A DNA stretch of 27,362 bases, taken from positions 1 to 27,362 of the forward strand of contig JBGQGY010000035.1 in NCBI GenBank assembly GCA_041497675.1, written 5' to 3'. Positions 7,893-17,234 of this stretch are shown piece by piece. Position numbers and translations under genes: made by a program. Position 1 is the stretch's first letter. Every line of letters begins with the position of its first letter. Under the pieces are notes generated by a model, which saw nothing but the letters and a program-made list of their open reading frames with translations, ran no database searches and was not told the origin of the DNA. The stretch is from a bacterium (GTDB lineage Bacteria > Sysuimicrobiota > Sysuimicrobiia > Sysuimicrobiales > Humicultoraceae).

Positions 7893-9493
7893 CCGGCCCG
7901 AGGCGCCGCCGCGCGAACGGCCGGTGGGACGCTGGCCGCGAACTCGGCGAACGCCTTGGCGAACATGCGGGCCAGATCCCTGGCCTTGGCATCATAGGCC
8001 GACGGATCGGACCAGGTGGCGCGCGGATGCAGGACCTCGGGCGGCACACCGGGCACCTGGCTGGGAACCTGAATGCCGAACACGGCATCGGCAGTCGCCG
8101 GTATGCCGTCGAGCGCCCCGCTCAGCGCCGCGTGCACCATCGCGCGTGTGTGCGCCAGCCGGATACGCTCGCCACCCGCGCCCTGTGCGCCGCCACTCCA
8201 CCCGGTGTTGATCAGGTAGACGGCGGTCTTGTGTTGGTTGATCCTCTCGCCGAGCATCTGCGCGTAGACGGTCGGCCGCTGCGCCATGAACGGCGCGCCA
8301 AAACACGCGCTGAACGTCGCCTTCGGTGAGGTGACGCCCTTCTCGGTGCCGGCGACGATCGCCGTGTATCCCGACAGGAAATGGTACATCGCCTGATCGG
8401 GGGTCAGTCGCGCGATCGGCGGCATGATCCCAAACGCATCGCAGGTGAGAAACACGATTGTGTGCGGGTGCCCGGCGGCACCGCTGCGCCAGACGTTTGG
8501 CATGTAGGTGAGCGGATACGCCGCGCGCGTGTTCTCGGTGAGCGAGTCGTCGTCGAGATCGAGCCGGCGAGTCACCGAGTCCATCACGACGTTCTCGAGC
8601 ACGGTCCCAAACATACGCGTCGTGCCGTAGATCTGCGGCTCCCCTTCGAGGGAGAGCCTGATTGTCTTCGCGTAGGATCCACCCTCGAAGTTGAAGATCC
8701 CACCGTCCGACCAGCCGTGCTCGTCGTCGCCAATCAAGGCCCGATCGGGATCGATCGACAGAGTCGTTTTACCTGTGCCGGACAGACCAAAAAACAATGC
8801 CACGTCGCCGGCCGGTCCAACATTGGCCGAGCAGTGCATCGATAGGACGCCTTCCAATGGATACAGGTAGTTCAGCAGGGTGAAGATGGACTTCTTGATC
8901 TCCCCCCCGTACGTCGTCCCGCCGATCAAGACCAGCTTCTTCGCCAGGTTCATCAAGATGAAGACTTCGCTGCGCGTCCCCTCCTCCGCCGGCCTGGCGA
9001 GGAAGCTGGGCGCGTCAATGACGGTGAACTCCGGCATGTGCGTCGCCAGCGCGGCATCGTCGGGGACGATGAACATGATCCGTGCGAAGAGGCTGTGCCA
9101 GGCGTGTTCGGTAATCACGCGCACGTGCCGGCGGTACAGGGGATCGGCGCCGACGAAGAGATCCTGGACGAACAACTCCTTGCGGTACAGGTATTGCAGC
9201 ATGCGTTTGTGCAGTCGATCGAACGACGCGGGATCGATCGGTTTGTTGTGCGCCCCCCACCAGATATGCTGTTCGCTGGACGGCTCACGAACGACGAACT
9301 TGTCCTGCGGCGAGCGGCCGGTGTGGGGCACCGTGATCACGTTCAGCGGGCCGCCGTCGACGATCATGCCCTCGCGCCGCCGGACCGCGTGCTCATAGAG
9401 CGCCGGGGCCGTCAGATTCCACCCCACCATGTCGGGGTGGAGCCCGTGCATCTCCAGCCCGTGGCCGCTGCGCGTCCCTTCCTCGATCACCAC
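7889..9493 (-). CDS. pckA: Phosphoenolpyruvate carboxykinase (ATP)
   Basis: HTGRSPQDKF, YGGEIKKS, SMHCSAN, FFGLSGTGKTTLS, LIGDDEHGW, NFEGG.YAK, TENTR, FSACFGAPF, NTGW. GGAGG at 9506-9502 favours GTG 9493 over 9502. Confidence 0.97.
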   Translation of the reverse strand: MVIEEGTRSGHGLEMHGLHPDMVGWNLTAPALYEHAVRRREGMIVDGGPLNVITVPHTGRSPQDKFVVREPSSEQHIWWGAHNKPIDPASFDRLHKRMLQYLYRKELFVQDLFVGADPLYRRHVRVITEHAWHSLFARIMFIVPDDAALATHMPEFTVIDAPSFLARPAEEGTRSEVFILMNLAKKLVLIGGTTYGGEIKKSIFTLLNYLYPLEGVLSMHCSANVGPAGDVALFFGLSGTGKTTLSIDPDRALIGDDEHGWSDGGIFNFEGGSYAKTIRLSLEGEPQIYGTTRMFGTVLENVVMDSVTRRLDLDDDSLTENTRAAYPLTYMPNVWRSGAAGHPHTIVFLTCDAFGIMPPIARLTPDQAMYHFLSGYTAIVAGTEKGVTSPKATFSACFGAPFMAQRPTVYAQMLGERINQHKTAVYLINTGWSGGAQGAGGERIRLAHTRAMVHAALSGALDGIPATADAVFGIQVPSQVPGVPPEVLHPRATWSDPSAYDAKARDLARMFAKAFAEFAASVPPAVRAAAPRAG

Positions 9494-9659
9494 CGTACCC
9501 ACCTCCAGGGAGACCAGAACCCTCCCATATCATCAATCTACCCATGTACCCCTATCGCGGACCAGACCGGCGGCACACAAACCGCCTAGACGCATTTCGG
9601 CCCGCGGTCGCGATATTCCCGCCGCGAGGATGCACACAGGGCGCAACGAAGATAGTGTC

Positions 9660-10871
9660 GTGCCGCTTGACTGGATCTCGCCCGACGGCCGTCTCATCCT
9701 GAGCGCCCGCGCGGTTCGTACGTTCGCGTACGGCTTTCAGTCCGTGCTGTTGGGCGTCTATCTCGACGCCAACGGGTTCGCTCCGTGGCAGATCGGCGCC
9801 GTGTTGACGGCTACGCTGTTGGGTTCGGCTGTGTTGACGGCGATCTTTGCGACGACCGCCGACCGATACGGCCGCCGCCGGATGCTCCGGTTGAGCGCGC
9901 TGTTCATGGCCGCGAGCGGGGCCGCGTTTGCGATCACCACGTCGTACCCGCTGCTGTTCCTGGCCTCGCTCACCGGAACCGTCGGCGCCACCTCCGGCGA
10001 GGTCGGTCCGTTCCTCTCGTTGGAGCAGGCGATCCTCCCGCAGACCACGGCGCCCGAGTGGCGCACGCGCCTCTTCTCCCTCTACAACACCCTGGGTGCC
10101 CTTACCGGGGCGGCGGGCGCGCTCGCTGCCGGGACGCCGGCGCTGCTGCAACGCTGGGCGGGTCTGGCCGTCTCGGACGCCTACCGTGTGATGTTCGTCG
10201 CCTACGCAGTGCTGGCGGGCATCACGTTGTGGCTGTTCAGCCGTCTGAGCGACCGCGTCGAGGCGACCGATGGCTCTGGGCGCGGTCGCCTGAATCGCTC
10301 CCGCGGCGTGGTCATGCGGCTGGCCGGTTTGTTCAGCCTCGATTCGCTCGCCGGCGGCTTCGTCGTGCAGAGCCTGATCGCGTTTTACTTCCACCTGCGG
10401 TGGGGCGTCGGCCCCGAGGTGCTCGGACCGGTCTTCATGGGCGTCGGGCTTCTCCAGGCCGTGTCCTTCACCGTCGCCGCCCGAGTCGCTGAGCGCATCG
10501 GCCTGATCAACACGATGGTCTTCACGCACCTGCCGTCGAACGTGCTCCTGATGGCGATCCCGCTCGCCCCGACGCTCCCCTGGGCGATCGCGCTGCTCCT
10601 GGCGCGCCACGCCCTCTCGCAGATGGACGTGCCGGTCCGGCAGTCATACGTCGTGGCCGTCGTCGACCCCGACGAACGGATGGCGGCGGCGGGTGTCACC
10701 AACATCGCGCGCAACCTGGCGCAGTCCGTGACGCCCGTGATCGCCGGCGTGGTGATGCAGGTCGCCGGGTTGGGCGTCCCGTTCCTCCTCGGCGGGGGGC
10801 TCAAGATCGTCTACGATCTCTTGTTGCTTGGGATGTTTCGCACCGTGCGGCCGCCCGAGGAACAGCCATGA
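9660..10871 (+). CDS. Major facilitator superfamily transporter
   Basis: About 12 hydrophobic helices; MFS motif A ADRYGRRR; GPFLSLEQA, MVFTHLPSN, SQMDVPVRQSY. The ORF-track start 9429 overlaps pckA, so the true start is probably GTG 9660 or ATG 9630. Confidence 0.9.
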   Translation: MPLDWISPDGRLILSARAVRTFAYGFQSVLLGVYLDANGFAPWQIGAVLTATLLGSAVLTAIFATTADRYGRRRMLRLSALFMAASGAAFAITTSYPLLFLASLTGTVGATSGEVGPFLSLEQAILPQTTAPEWRTRLFSLYNTLGALTGAAGALAAGTPALLQRWAGLAVSDAYRVMFVAYAVLAGITLWLFSRLSDRVEATDGSGRGRLNRSRGVVMRLAGLFSLDSLAGGFVVQSLIAFYFHLRWGVGPEVLGPVFMGVGLLQAVSFTVAARVAERIGLINTMVFTHLPSNVLLMAIPLAPTLPWAIALLLARHALSQMDVPVRQSYVVAVVDPDERMAAAGVTNIARNLAQSVTPVIAGVVMQVAGLGVPFLLGGGLKIVYDLLLLGMFRTVRPPEEQP

Positions 10872-11767
10872 GGATCGTCTCGCTGCTGCCCAGCGCCACC
10901 GAAATCGTCTGCGCGCTGGGGCTCACGGACGATCTGGTCGGCGTGTCGCACGATTGCGACTATCCGCCCGCCATTGCCGGCAAGCGCGTCCTCAGCGACG
11001 CCCTGGTGTCGGCGACGATGCCCAGCCCGCAGATCGACGCCGCCATCCGCGGACATATCCACACCGGCAAGAGCGTCTATCACCTCGACGGCGAGCGACT
11101 TGCGGCGCTGCGGCCCGATCTGATCCTGACACAGGAACTCTGCCAGGTCTGCGCGCCGTCGTTCACCGACGTGCGCCGCGCGGCGCGCGTGCTCGAAGGC
11201 CGCACACGTATCGTGTCGCTCGAACCGCACGGCGTCGATGACATCCTGGACACGATTCTCGAGGTGGGCCGGCTGACCGACCTCGACGCGGTCGCCCGCG
11301 ACGTGGTTGCGCGTCTTCGCGTGCGGATCGACCGGGCCAGAAGGTTGTCGGCGCTGCAACCACGGCCACGCGTCCTCTGCCTCGAATGGCTCGATCCAAT
11401 GTTTGTCGCCGGCCACTGGGTGCCGGAAATGGTCGAGATGGCCGGCGGCGTCGATATCCTGGGGCACCCGCGCAAAGATTCCTACGTCATCGAATGGCCC
11501 CGAGTCATCGACGCGGCCCCGGACGTGATCGTGGTCATGCCCTGCGGGTTCGACATTGCCCGCACACACGACGAGATCCACCTGCTCACCAGGCGGCCGG
11601 GCTGGGCAGACATCCCCGCGGTCCAAAACGGGCGCGTGTATCTCACGGATGGGACGGCGTTCTTCAGCCGGCCCGGGCCACGGATCGTCCGCGGTCTCGA
11701 GATCCTGGCCGAAGTCTTTCGCGCGCCGGCCGGCCCATTCCGCGCCGAAGGCGTGGAGTCCGCGTGA
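10868..11767 (+). CDS. BtuF-like (class III helical-backbone) cobalamin/iron-complex binding protein without signal peptide
   Basis: MRIVSLLPSATEIVCALG, VGVSHDCDYP, PDLILTQ.LC.VCA, GHWVPEM, PAVQNGRVY, FSRPGPR; ATGA overlap with the MFS gene. Confidence 0.85.
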   Translation: MRIVSLLPSATEIVCALGLTDDLVGVSHDCDYPPAIAGKRVLSDALVSATMPSPQIDAAIRGHIHTGKSVYHLDGERLAALRPDLILTQELCQVCAPSFTDVRRAARVLEGRTRIVSLEPHGVDDILDTILEVGRLTDLDAVARDVVARLRVRIDRARRLSALQPRPRVLCLEWLDPMFVAGHWVPEMVEMAGGVDILGHPRKDSYVIEWPRVIDAAPDVIVVMPCGFDIARTHDEIHLLTRRPGWADIPAVQNGRVYLTDGTAFFSRPGPRIVRGLEILAEVFRAPAGPFRAEGVESA

Positions 11768-12603
11768 TCCGCACGAGTTATCACACCCACAACCGTTTCT
11801 GCGACGGCGCCGGTGAGGCGGAGGACTACGCGGAGGCGGCCGTGACGGCGGGGCTCGAGGCCTTGGGGATCTCGTGCCACGCACCGCTTACGTTCCCCGA
11901 CGAGGCCGCGATGAAGGCCGAAAGTCTCCCGGCGTACTGTGCCGAGGTGACGCGGCTCAAAGACGTGCACCGCGCGCGGCTGCGGGTCCACCTGAGCCTG
12001 GAATTTGACTACATTCCCGATCGGCACGCGGAGCTATGGTCGATCGTCGCCCCGCACGCGTTCGACTACTTGATTGGATCGGTGCACTTCGTCGGGCAGG
12101 ACGACCGCGGTATCCCCTGGCCGGTCGATCTGAGCCGATCGGGATTCGAGGACGGCCTGCGACGGTATTACGATGGCGACATCCGCCGGCTCGTCGGCGC
12201 GTACTACGAGCAGGTCCGCCGCCTGATCGGGTGGGGTGGCGTGGCCATCCTCGGCCATCTCGACCGTATCAAGAAGTGGAATGACGCCGGGCGTTACTTC
12301 AACGAGGACGACTCCTGGTACCGGAGTGACGTCGAAGCCACGCTGCAGGCGTGCGCGCGCTCGGCGTTGATCGTCGAGATAAATACCGTTGGCTGGCGCA
12401 ACGCCTGCCGGAGTCCGTATCCCAGTCCATGGATCGTCCGCCGCTGTCTCGACCTGAAGATCCCGCTGGTCGTCACGACGGACGCCCACGCGCCGCAGCG
12501 CGTGACCGACTTCCACCCCGAGGCCGAGGCGCTGCTCCGCGACGCCGGCTGCCGAGAGTTGGCCGTGCTGCGCGACGGCGGCTGGCGGATGGAGCCACTG
12601 TGA
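11764..12603 (+). CDS. PHP-family histidinol-phosphatase (HisJ/HisK-like)
   Basis: YHTHNRFCDG, SCHAP, LEFDY, DYLIGSVH, GHLDRIKK, EINT.G, TDAH. GTG start at 11764 (GTGA overlap), not 11386. Confidence 0.88.
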   Translation: MIRTSYHTHNRFCDGAGEAEDYAEAAVTAGLEALGISCHAPLTFPDEAAMKAESLPAYCAEVTRLKDVHRARLRVHLSLEFDYIPDRHAELWSIVAPHAFDYLIGSVHFVGQDDRGIPWPVDLSRSGFEDGLRRYYDGDIRRLVGAYYEQVRRLIGWGGVAILGHLDRIKKWNDAGRYFNEDDSWYRSDVEATLQACARSALIVEINTVGWRNACRSPYPSPWIVRRCLDLKIPLVVTTDAHAPQRVTDFHPEAEALLRDAGCRELAVLRDGGWRMEPL

Positions 12604-13697
12604 CGCTCATCAGCGGTGAACAGAATTTGCTACATTGGCGTGCACCAGTCATTTTGCTCATACTACTGTTGCTCTGGTTGTCTCTTCCTTTCGCGATGGC
12701 TGGAAGTCCGGGAGATCAAGAGATCTCTGTGGGGAGCTTCTACGGTGCGGTAGGTGCCCGTTGGTGTGGGAAGGCAGCATTGCTGATCGAAGGCGAGGCC
12801 GGACTGGAGTGGCTAGACGTGCTGCAAGGTCGGCGGGTGACCGTTACGACGACCCGCGGCGACCATGCAATGAATTGCAGTTTTGATGGCAAGTGGGTAG
12901 TGTATACTACCCGGCCAGCGGAACCGATTGTTGACACATACCCATCGAAGGATTCTGCGTGGGACCGACTTATCGACTTCCTCTGGCGTTTCGAAGTGTC
13001 AAGCGGCGTCAGGCAGCGATTCGCTGCTGTCCGCTCTCCTTATGTGTACGACGCTATGGCTCCCAGCATGATGCGTGTGTTTCTGGGCGGGCCGGTCAAT
13101 ACGCAGGTTCGCATGCCAGCCCCGAGATGGGAAGCTGTTCGATTCCGGCAGGATCGAACCCAAGGTCCGATTGTGTGGTTCCGAGACTCTTCGGGAGTTC
13201 TTGATGTTGCCCGTGATCCCGGAACTCGGGTTTTCATTGAGGTGTTCGGGAGGAACGGAACGAGCAAGACGGTCGACCCAGGTCTAGGGCAACTCTCCGG
13301 CACGGCAACCGACCGCGGCGGTCGAATCTACCTCCGAACTGTTGACCGGCAGCCTCCTACCGTGGCTGTACTCCATCGATGCGAGTTCCAGGGCAATCGT
13401 CTCGTATGTAGGCAGCTTCTCAAGGGCCTCTTTGCGTTTGATGTTGCCCCCGACGGTGGAATTGTCCTCGCGGAGGAAGGTGCGACATGCGTTCGATACA
13501 TCCCCGCGGGGCGGACGGATGGGGAATGTATCGTGCGTAGCTTTCCGTCTCGTTTCCCGTTACTCGAGCCGATGGGTGTTTCGCCTGACGGCAGGTGGCT
13601 CGTCTTTGTTCGGAGAGTGGTTAGACCGTTCTCCCCGGGAATTCAACGACCGGTCGAACGAACCCACATTTTCTTGAGAAGGCTTCCGAGTTGGTGA
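12600..13697 (+). CDS. Hypothetical secreted protein, possibly TolB/PD40-like beta-propeller
   Basis: Open frame from GTG 12600; hydrophobic signal-like segment ending AMA; repeated SFDGKWVVY / APDGGIV / SPDGRWLVF motifs; lower GC and atypical codon usage. Confidence 0.62.
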   Translation: MTLISGEQNLLHWRAPVILLILLLLWLSLPFAMAGSPGDQEISVGSFYGAVGARWCGKAALLIEGEAGLEWLDVLQGRRVTVTTTRGDHAMNCSFDGKWVVYTTRPAEPIVDTYPSKDSAWDRLIDFLWRFEVSSGVRQRFAAVRSPYVYDAMAPSMMRVFLGGPVNTQVRMPAPRWEAVRFRQDRTQGPIVWFRDSSGVLDVARDPGTRVFIEVFGRNGTSKTVDPGLGQLSGTATDRGGRIYLRTVDRQPPTVAVLHRCEFQGNRLVCRQLLKGLFAFDVAPDGGIVLAEEGATCVRYIPAGRTDGECIVRSFPSRFPLLEPMGVSPDGRWLVFVRRVVRPFSPGIQRPVERTHIFLRRLPSW

Positions 13698-13860
13698 GAT
13701 CAGCGCTTGTGAGGGAGGGTGACGACCGATGCCCTCTAGATTCCTACCTCCACTGAATTGGAACGGCCACGCGGTGAGCATGACTAGCTGTCTGGGGCAG
13801 ATCAGCCAAGGTGACCTGCCAAAACTTCTCCTGTGATGACAAAGGCGACGCGTCGAAAGC

Positions 13861-14679
13861 CTACACGGCCGGCTTTGTCGCCTTCAACGAAAAGCTCAGC
13901 GGCAGTTCGCCGGGGAAGTCGGCGGGCAGCCACCAGGTGCCGTCCTCCCGGCGCTCGAGAAACGGCAGCATCGGATAGAAGAGAAAGGGAAATTCGTGAA
14001 GGAAGTCGATCCGCAGTCCCGCCTCGGCGATGGCGGTCACGATCTCTCCCATGCTGTGGGGCCACGCGTACTGGACAGACTGCGTCACGTGGGCGTCGCG
14101 GTCCGCGTACGACCCCCGCACCGGGAACGGCAGCGGATCCGTCCGGTCGAAGTATGGGTAGAGCAGCCGAAGATCTTTTGCATCGTCCCCGTCATCCCAC
14201 GGGTACAAGATGGGATGTTGCTCTGTGATGTAGAAGAAGCCTCCGGGCCGGAGAAAACGCGCGATCACGCGCGCCCAGCGGCGCAGGTCGGGCAGCCAGC
14301 CCAGCACGCCGCGTGACGTGTAGACGACGTCGAACTCACCGCCAAGCGCCTCGGGCAGATCCAGCACGTCGGACCGGATGAAACGCGCGTCGATCACCAG
14401 TTCAGCGGCAAGCGATCGCGCGAGATCGATCGCCCGCTCTGAAAAATCGACACCGGTGACCCGGGCTCCGAGCCGAGCCCACGACAGCGTGTCGTCCCCG
14501 ATGTGGCATTGCAGGTGCAGCAGCGACTTCCCGGCGACATCGCCCACTTCAGCGATCTCGTGAGGCTTGAGACAGATGCCGCCCTTCTTGAACCCTTCCA
14601 GATCGTAGAACGTCGACTGTGCGTTGATGACCGCCCACTCGTCCCACAGGGCGCGGTTGGTCACTCGGAATATATCCAT
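13861..14679 (-). CDS. Class I SAM-dependent methyltransferase
   Basis: GKSLLHLQCHIG, VTGVDFS, FDVVYTSRGVLGWLPDL, LRPGG. Confidence 0.9.
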   Translation of the reverse strand: MDIFRVTNRALWDEWAVINAQSTFYDLEGFKKGGICLKPHEIAEVGDVAGKSLLHLQCHIGDDTLSWARLGARVTGVDFSERAIDLARSLAAELVIDARFIRSDVLDLPEALGGEFDVVYTSRGVLGWLPDLRRWARVIARFLRPGGFFYITEQHPILYPWDDGDDAKDLRLLYPYFDRTDPLPFPVRGSYADRDAHVTQSVQYAWPHSMGEIVTAIAEAGLRIDFLHEFPFLFYPMLPFLERREDGTWWLPADFPGELPLSFSLKATKPAV

Positions 14680-14750
14680 GCATCCACTGTAGCAGCCGAC
14701 GGACCTATCGCGGGAGGTGCGTTGCTTCAGGTGTCGAACGCGCGCGTGGG

Positions 14751-15122
14751 ATGCGGATCGTCATCTTCGTGTTGAGCGCGGCGGTGATCGTGTCCGGCTG
14801 CGGACCGCGGGCCGCCGACGTCGCCGGTATCTGGCAGGGCACCTGGACAGGCGCGGATGGGCAATCCTCAGGCGACTTTCGCGTCGACGTGCAGCAGCGC
14901 GGCAAGACGATCGGCGGCGAGATTACCCTCAGCCTGGACTGGCTTGCCAAGGCGCGCATCGCAGGCGTCGTCGAAGGTCAAAAGGTCCGCTGGGGCGTGC
15001 TCCGCGAGAACCTGGTCGTCCTCACGTTCGAGGGCCAGGTCGACGGAGACACGGCGCGCGGGACGTACACGATCGGCGCAACTGCGCAGGGACGCTGGAA
15101 CGCCCGCCGCGCGGCGCGCTGA
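14751..15122 (+). CDS. Hypothetical small lipoprotein, beta-rich
   Basis: MRIVIFVLSAAVIVSG-C lipobox; G.W.G.W and G.W.A.R patterns of small beta-barrel domains. Confidence 0.72.
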   Translation: MRIVIFVLSAAVIVSGCGPRAADVAGIWQGTWTGADGQSSGDFRVDVQQRGKTIGGEITLSLDWLAKARIAGVVEGQKVRWGVLRENLVVLTFEGQVDGDTARGTYTIGATAQGRWNARRAAR

Positions 15123-15131
15123 AGACGACGG

Positions 15132-15902
15132 CTAGAAGTAGTTGGACGTGATCCCGCCGTCGGCCACCATCACCGCGCCGTTTGTCCACGTCGATTCGTC
15201 TGACGCCAGGTAAAGCGCCAAATTCACGATGTCTTCGGGGCGGCCAAAGCGTCCCATCGGGATGCGCGCGAGCCGCAGCGCCTTCGCGTCGGGATTCGTG
15301 AGCAGCCACGAGGTCAGCAGCGGCGTCTCGATCGGCCCGGGGCAGATGGCGTTGGTGCGGATGTTCTTCGAGCCGAACTGCACGGCGAGCGACTTGGTGA
15401 GTGCGATGACCCCACCCTTGCTGGCGGTGTAGGCATCCTGGGGCACGGTGCACCCCACCAGCGCCACGAACGACGCGATGTTGACGATCGACCCGCCGCC
15501 CGCCCGCATGAGCGCCGGGATCCCGTGCTTGCACACCAGGAAGATACTCTTGAGGTTGACGTTCATGACACGATCCCAGATCGCCTCGTCCACGTCGATG
15601 ACCGACCCATCCTCGGCGGGAAAGATGCCGGCGTTGTTGTAGAGCACGTTGACGCGGCCAAAGGCCTGCTCGCCGGCGCGCACGACGGCGGCCACATCGG
15701 CCTCTTTGGACACATCGGTGCGGACAAAGACGGCCTCACCCCCGGCCTTGCGGACCGCCGCCACCGTTTCCTGACCGGGCGGCTCGGCGATTTCGCTGAC
15801 GACGACCTTCGCGCCCTCTTTCGCGAATACCACCGACGCCAGCCGCCCCATCCCGCTGCCCGCGCCGGTGATCAATGCCACTTTGCCCGTGAGACGTCCC
15901 AT
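15132..15902 (-). CDS. Short-chain dehydrogenase/reductase (classical SDR)
   Basis: TGAGSGMG, NNAGI, catalytic S (IASF) and YTASK, ICPGPIETP, DGG; GGAGG RBS upstream. Confidence 0.93.
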   Translation of the reverse strand: MGRLTGKVALITGAGSGMGRLASVVFAKEGAKVVVSEIAEPPGQETVAAVRKAGGEAVFVRTDVSKEADVAAVVRAGEQAFGRVNVLYNNAGIFPAEDGSVIDVDEAIWDRVMNVNLKSIFLVCKHGIPALMRAGGGSIVNIASFVALVGCTVPQDAYTASKGGVIALTKSLAVQFGSKNIRTNAICPGPIETPLLTSWLLTNPDAKALRLARIPMGRFGRPEDIVNLALYLASDESTWTNGAVMVADGGITSNYF

Positions 15903-15926
15903 CGTGATCCCTCCGTGGTCCCGCGC

Positions 15927-17234
15927 TCACAGCGCCAGACCACCGATCAAGCCGGCGACGCCTCCCTTTCGAAAGAGCGCCACCGTCCGATCAGCCGGCA
16001 GTTTCCGGCTCTCGAGCCGCCGGCGAATCGGCAACAAGAAGCGTTCCTCCGCCCGCCCGCGCCGCCGCAGGGCTTCTTCGCACAGATCGACGATCCCCGC
16101 AAGAAACCCCGGGGCAGGTTCGGGCGCGCGCAGACCCAGCCGGATCACCTCGCGGCGATATCCCGCCATGGCCGGCCACGGATCCGATCCCACACGGTCC
16201 TGCACGTATGTCATGACGCTGGGCATCGCCTCAACGAGCGCGAGCGACAGCGCCGCGGCGGCCAGCGGCTCGTCCGGCGGTTGCTGGCAGGCGGGGCGGA
16301 TCTCGATCGTGGCGTTCTTCACGCGGGGTCTCGCGCTGTTCCAGGTGTAGTGCTCGTGCCAGAGAAACATCTCGTAGTCGGATCCGTGCGTCGCCAGGTA
16401 GGCAGTGAACGGCCGGCTGTATTGGACGAAGCGGTGGCCCCGGCGCAGTGAATAACACCGCTGCGCGCACACGAACGCCACGTAGTCCTCGAGGGACGTG
16501 AACCGCCGGGGTGTCATGCCGTGCCGGTGCTCCCCGAGACCCCCAAGCAACCCTTCGCGCCCAGAGACATACTGCCCCACGCGTCCCGCGTAAACCGATG
16601 AGTTCGCGGTCAACGCGATGATCGGCCCCGACACGAGATTCATCACGTTGATCGCGTCAACCAGCTCGCCCCGCGCGACGTCCACCTGCACCTGGTCGCT
16701 GGCCGTCGTGGTGAAGTGCAGCCACGGGCGGCCGATCGCCCGACAGAGCGGAGCGTATCGCCGCTTTGGCGTCATCAATGCCAGGGTCCCACGCGTGCGG
16801 GGCTGGATGCCATACCCCAGCACCCGCATGCCGCGCGATGCCGCGAGCCGGCTCAGACGCGACACCGCCGGCCCCGACAGCGCCTCCAGTTGGTGCAGAT
16901 CATCGGCGGGCGGGAAGACGATCTCGGCCGTGGCCCGTCCGACCTCCACCTCGTAGCCGATCCGCCCCAGGTCGATGCGCACGATCATCCCGCGGCGCGC
17001 CGGATCATCATAGGTGACGTTCTGCCCACCTTCCTCCAGCAGCGGCTCCCAGAGCCGCGAGGTCTCGCCGGCGCGGCCGTCCGGCAGGACCAACGGAAAC
17101 TCGGCCTCGCGCCCGATTTTTCTCGGACCGCGCAGGGACAAAGGAAAATCATTCCTCATCCGCTGCGCCAGACGGTCGATGGCCGCCTGCACGCGTGCGC
17201 TCAGAACGACGGGTAGTTGGACGCGTCCGGGCAC
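15927..17234 (-). CDS. Glutamate-cysteine ligase family 2 (GCS2)-like carboxylate-amine ligase
   Basis: KIGREAEF, EVEVG...E, G.GIQP, TTTASDQVQVD, ALTANS, WNSARPR...TIEIR. Start uncertain (GTG 17234, GTG 17192 or ATG 17159). Confidence 0.78.
   Translation of the reverse strand: MPGRVQLPVVLSARVQAAIDRLAQRMRNDFPLSLRGPRKIGREAEFPLVLPDGRAGETSRLWEPLLEEGGQNVTYDDPARRGMIVRIDLGRIGYEVEVGRATAEIVFPPADDLHQLEALSGPAVSRLSRLAASRGMRVLGYGIQPRTRGTLALMTPKRRYAPLCRAIGRPWLHFTTTASDQVQVDVARGELVDAINVMNLVSGPIIALTANSSVYAGRVGQYVSGREGLLGGLGEHRHGMTPRRFTSLEDYVAFVCAQRCYSLRRGHRFVQYSRPFTAYLATHGSDYEMFLWHEHYTWNSARPRVKNATIEIRPACQQPPDEPLAAAALSLALVEAMPSVMTYVQDRVGSDPWPAMAGYRREVIRLGLRAPEPAPGFLAGIVDLCEEALRRRGRAEERFLLPIRRRLESRKLPADRTVALFRKGGVAGLIGGLAL

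Noticed and set aside
12609..13705. ATCAGCG at both ends of the low-GC gene as a target-site duplication
   Set aside because: Only 7 bp, one copy lies inside the ORF, the low-GC sequence continues past the second copy, and no mobility gene or terminal inverted repeats are present.
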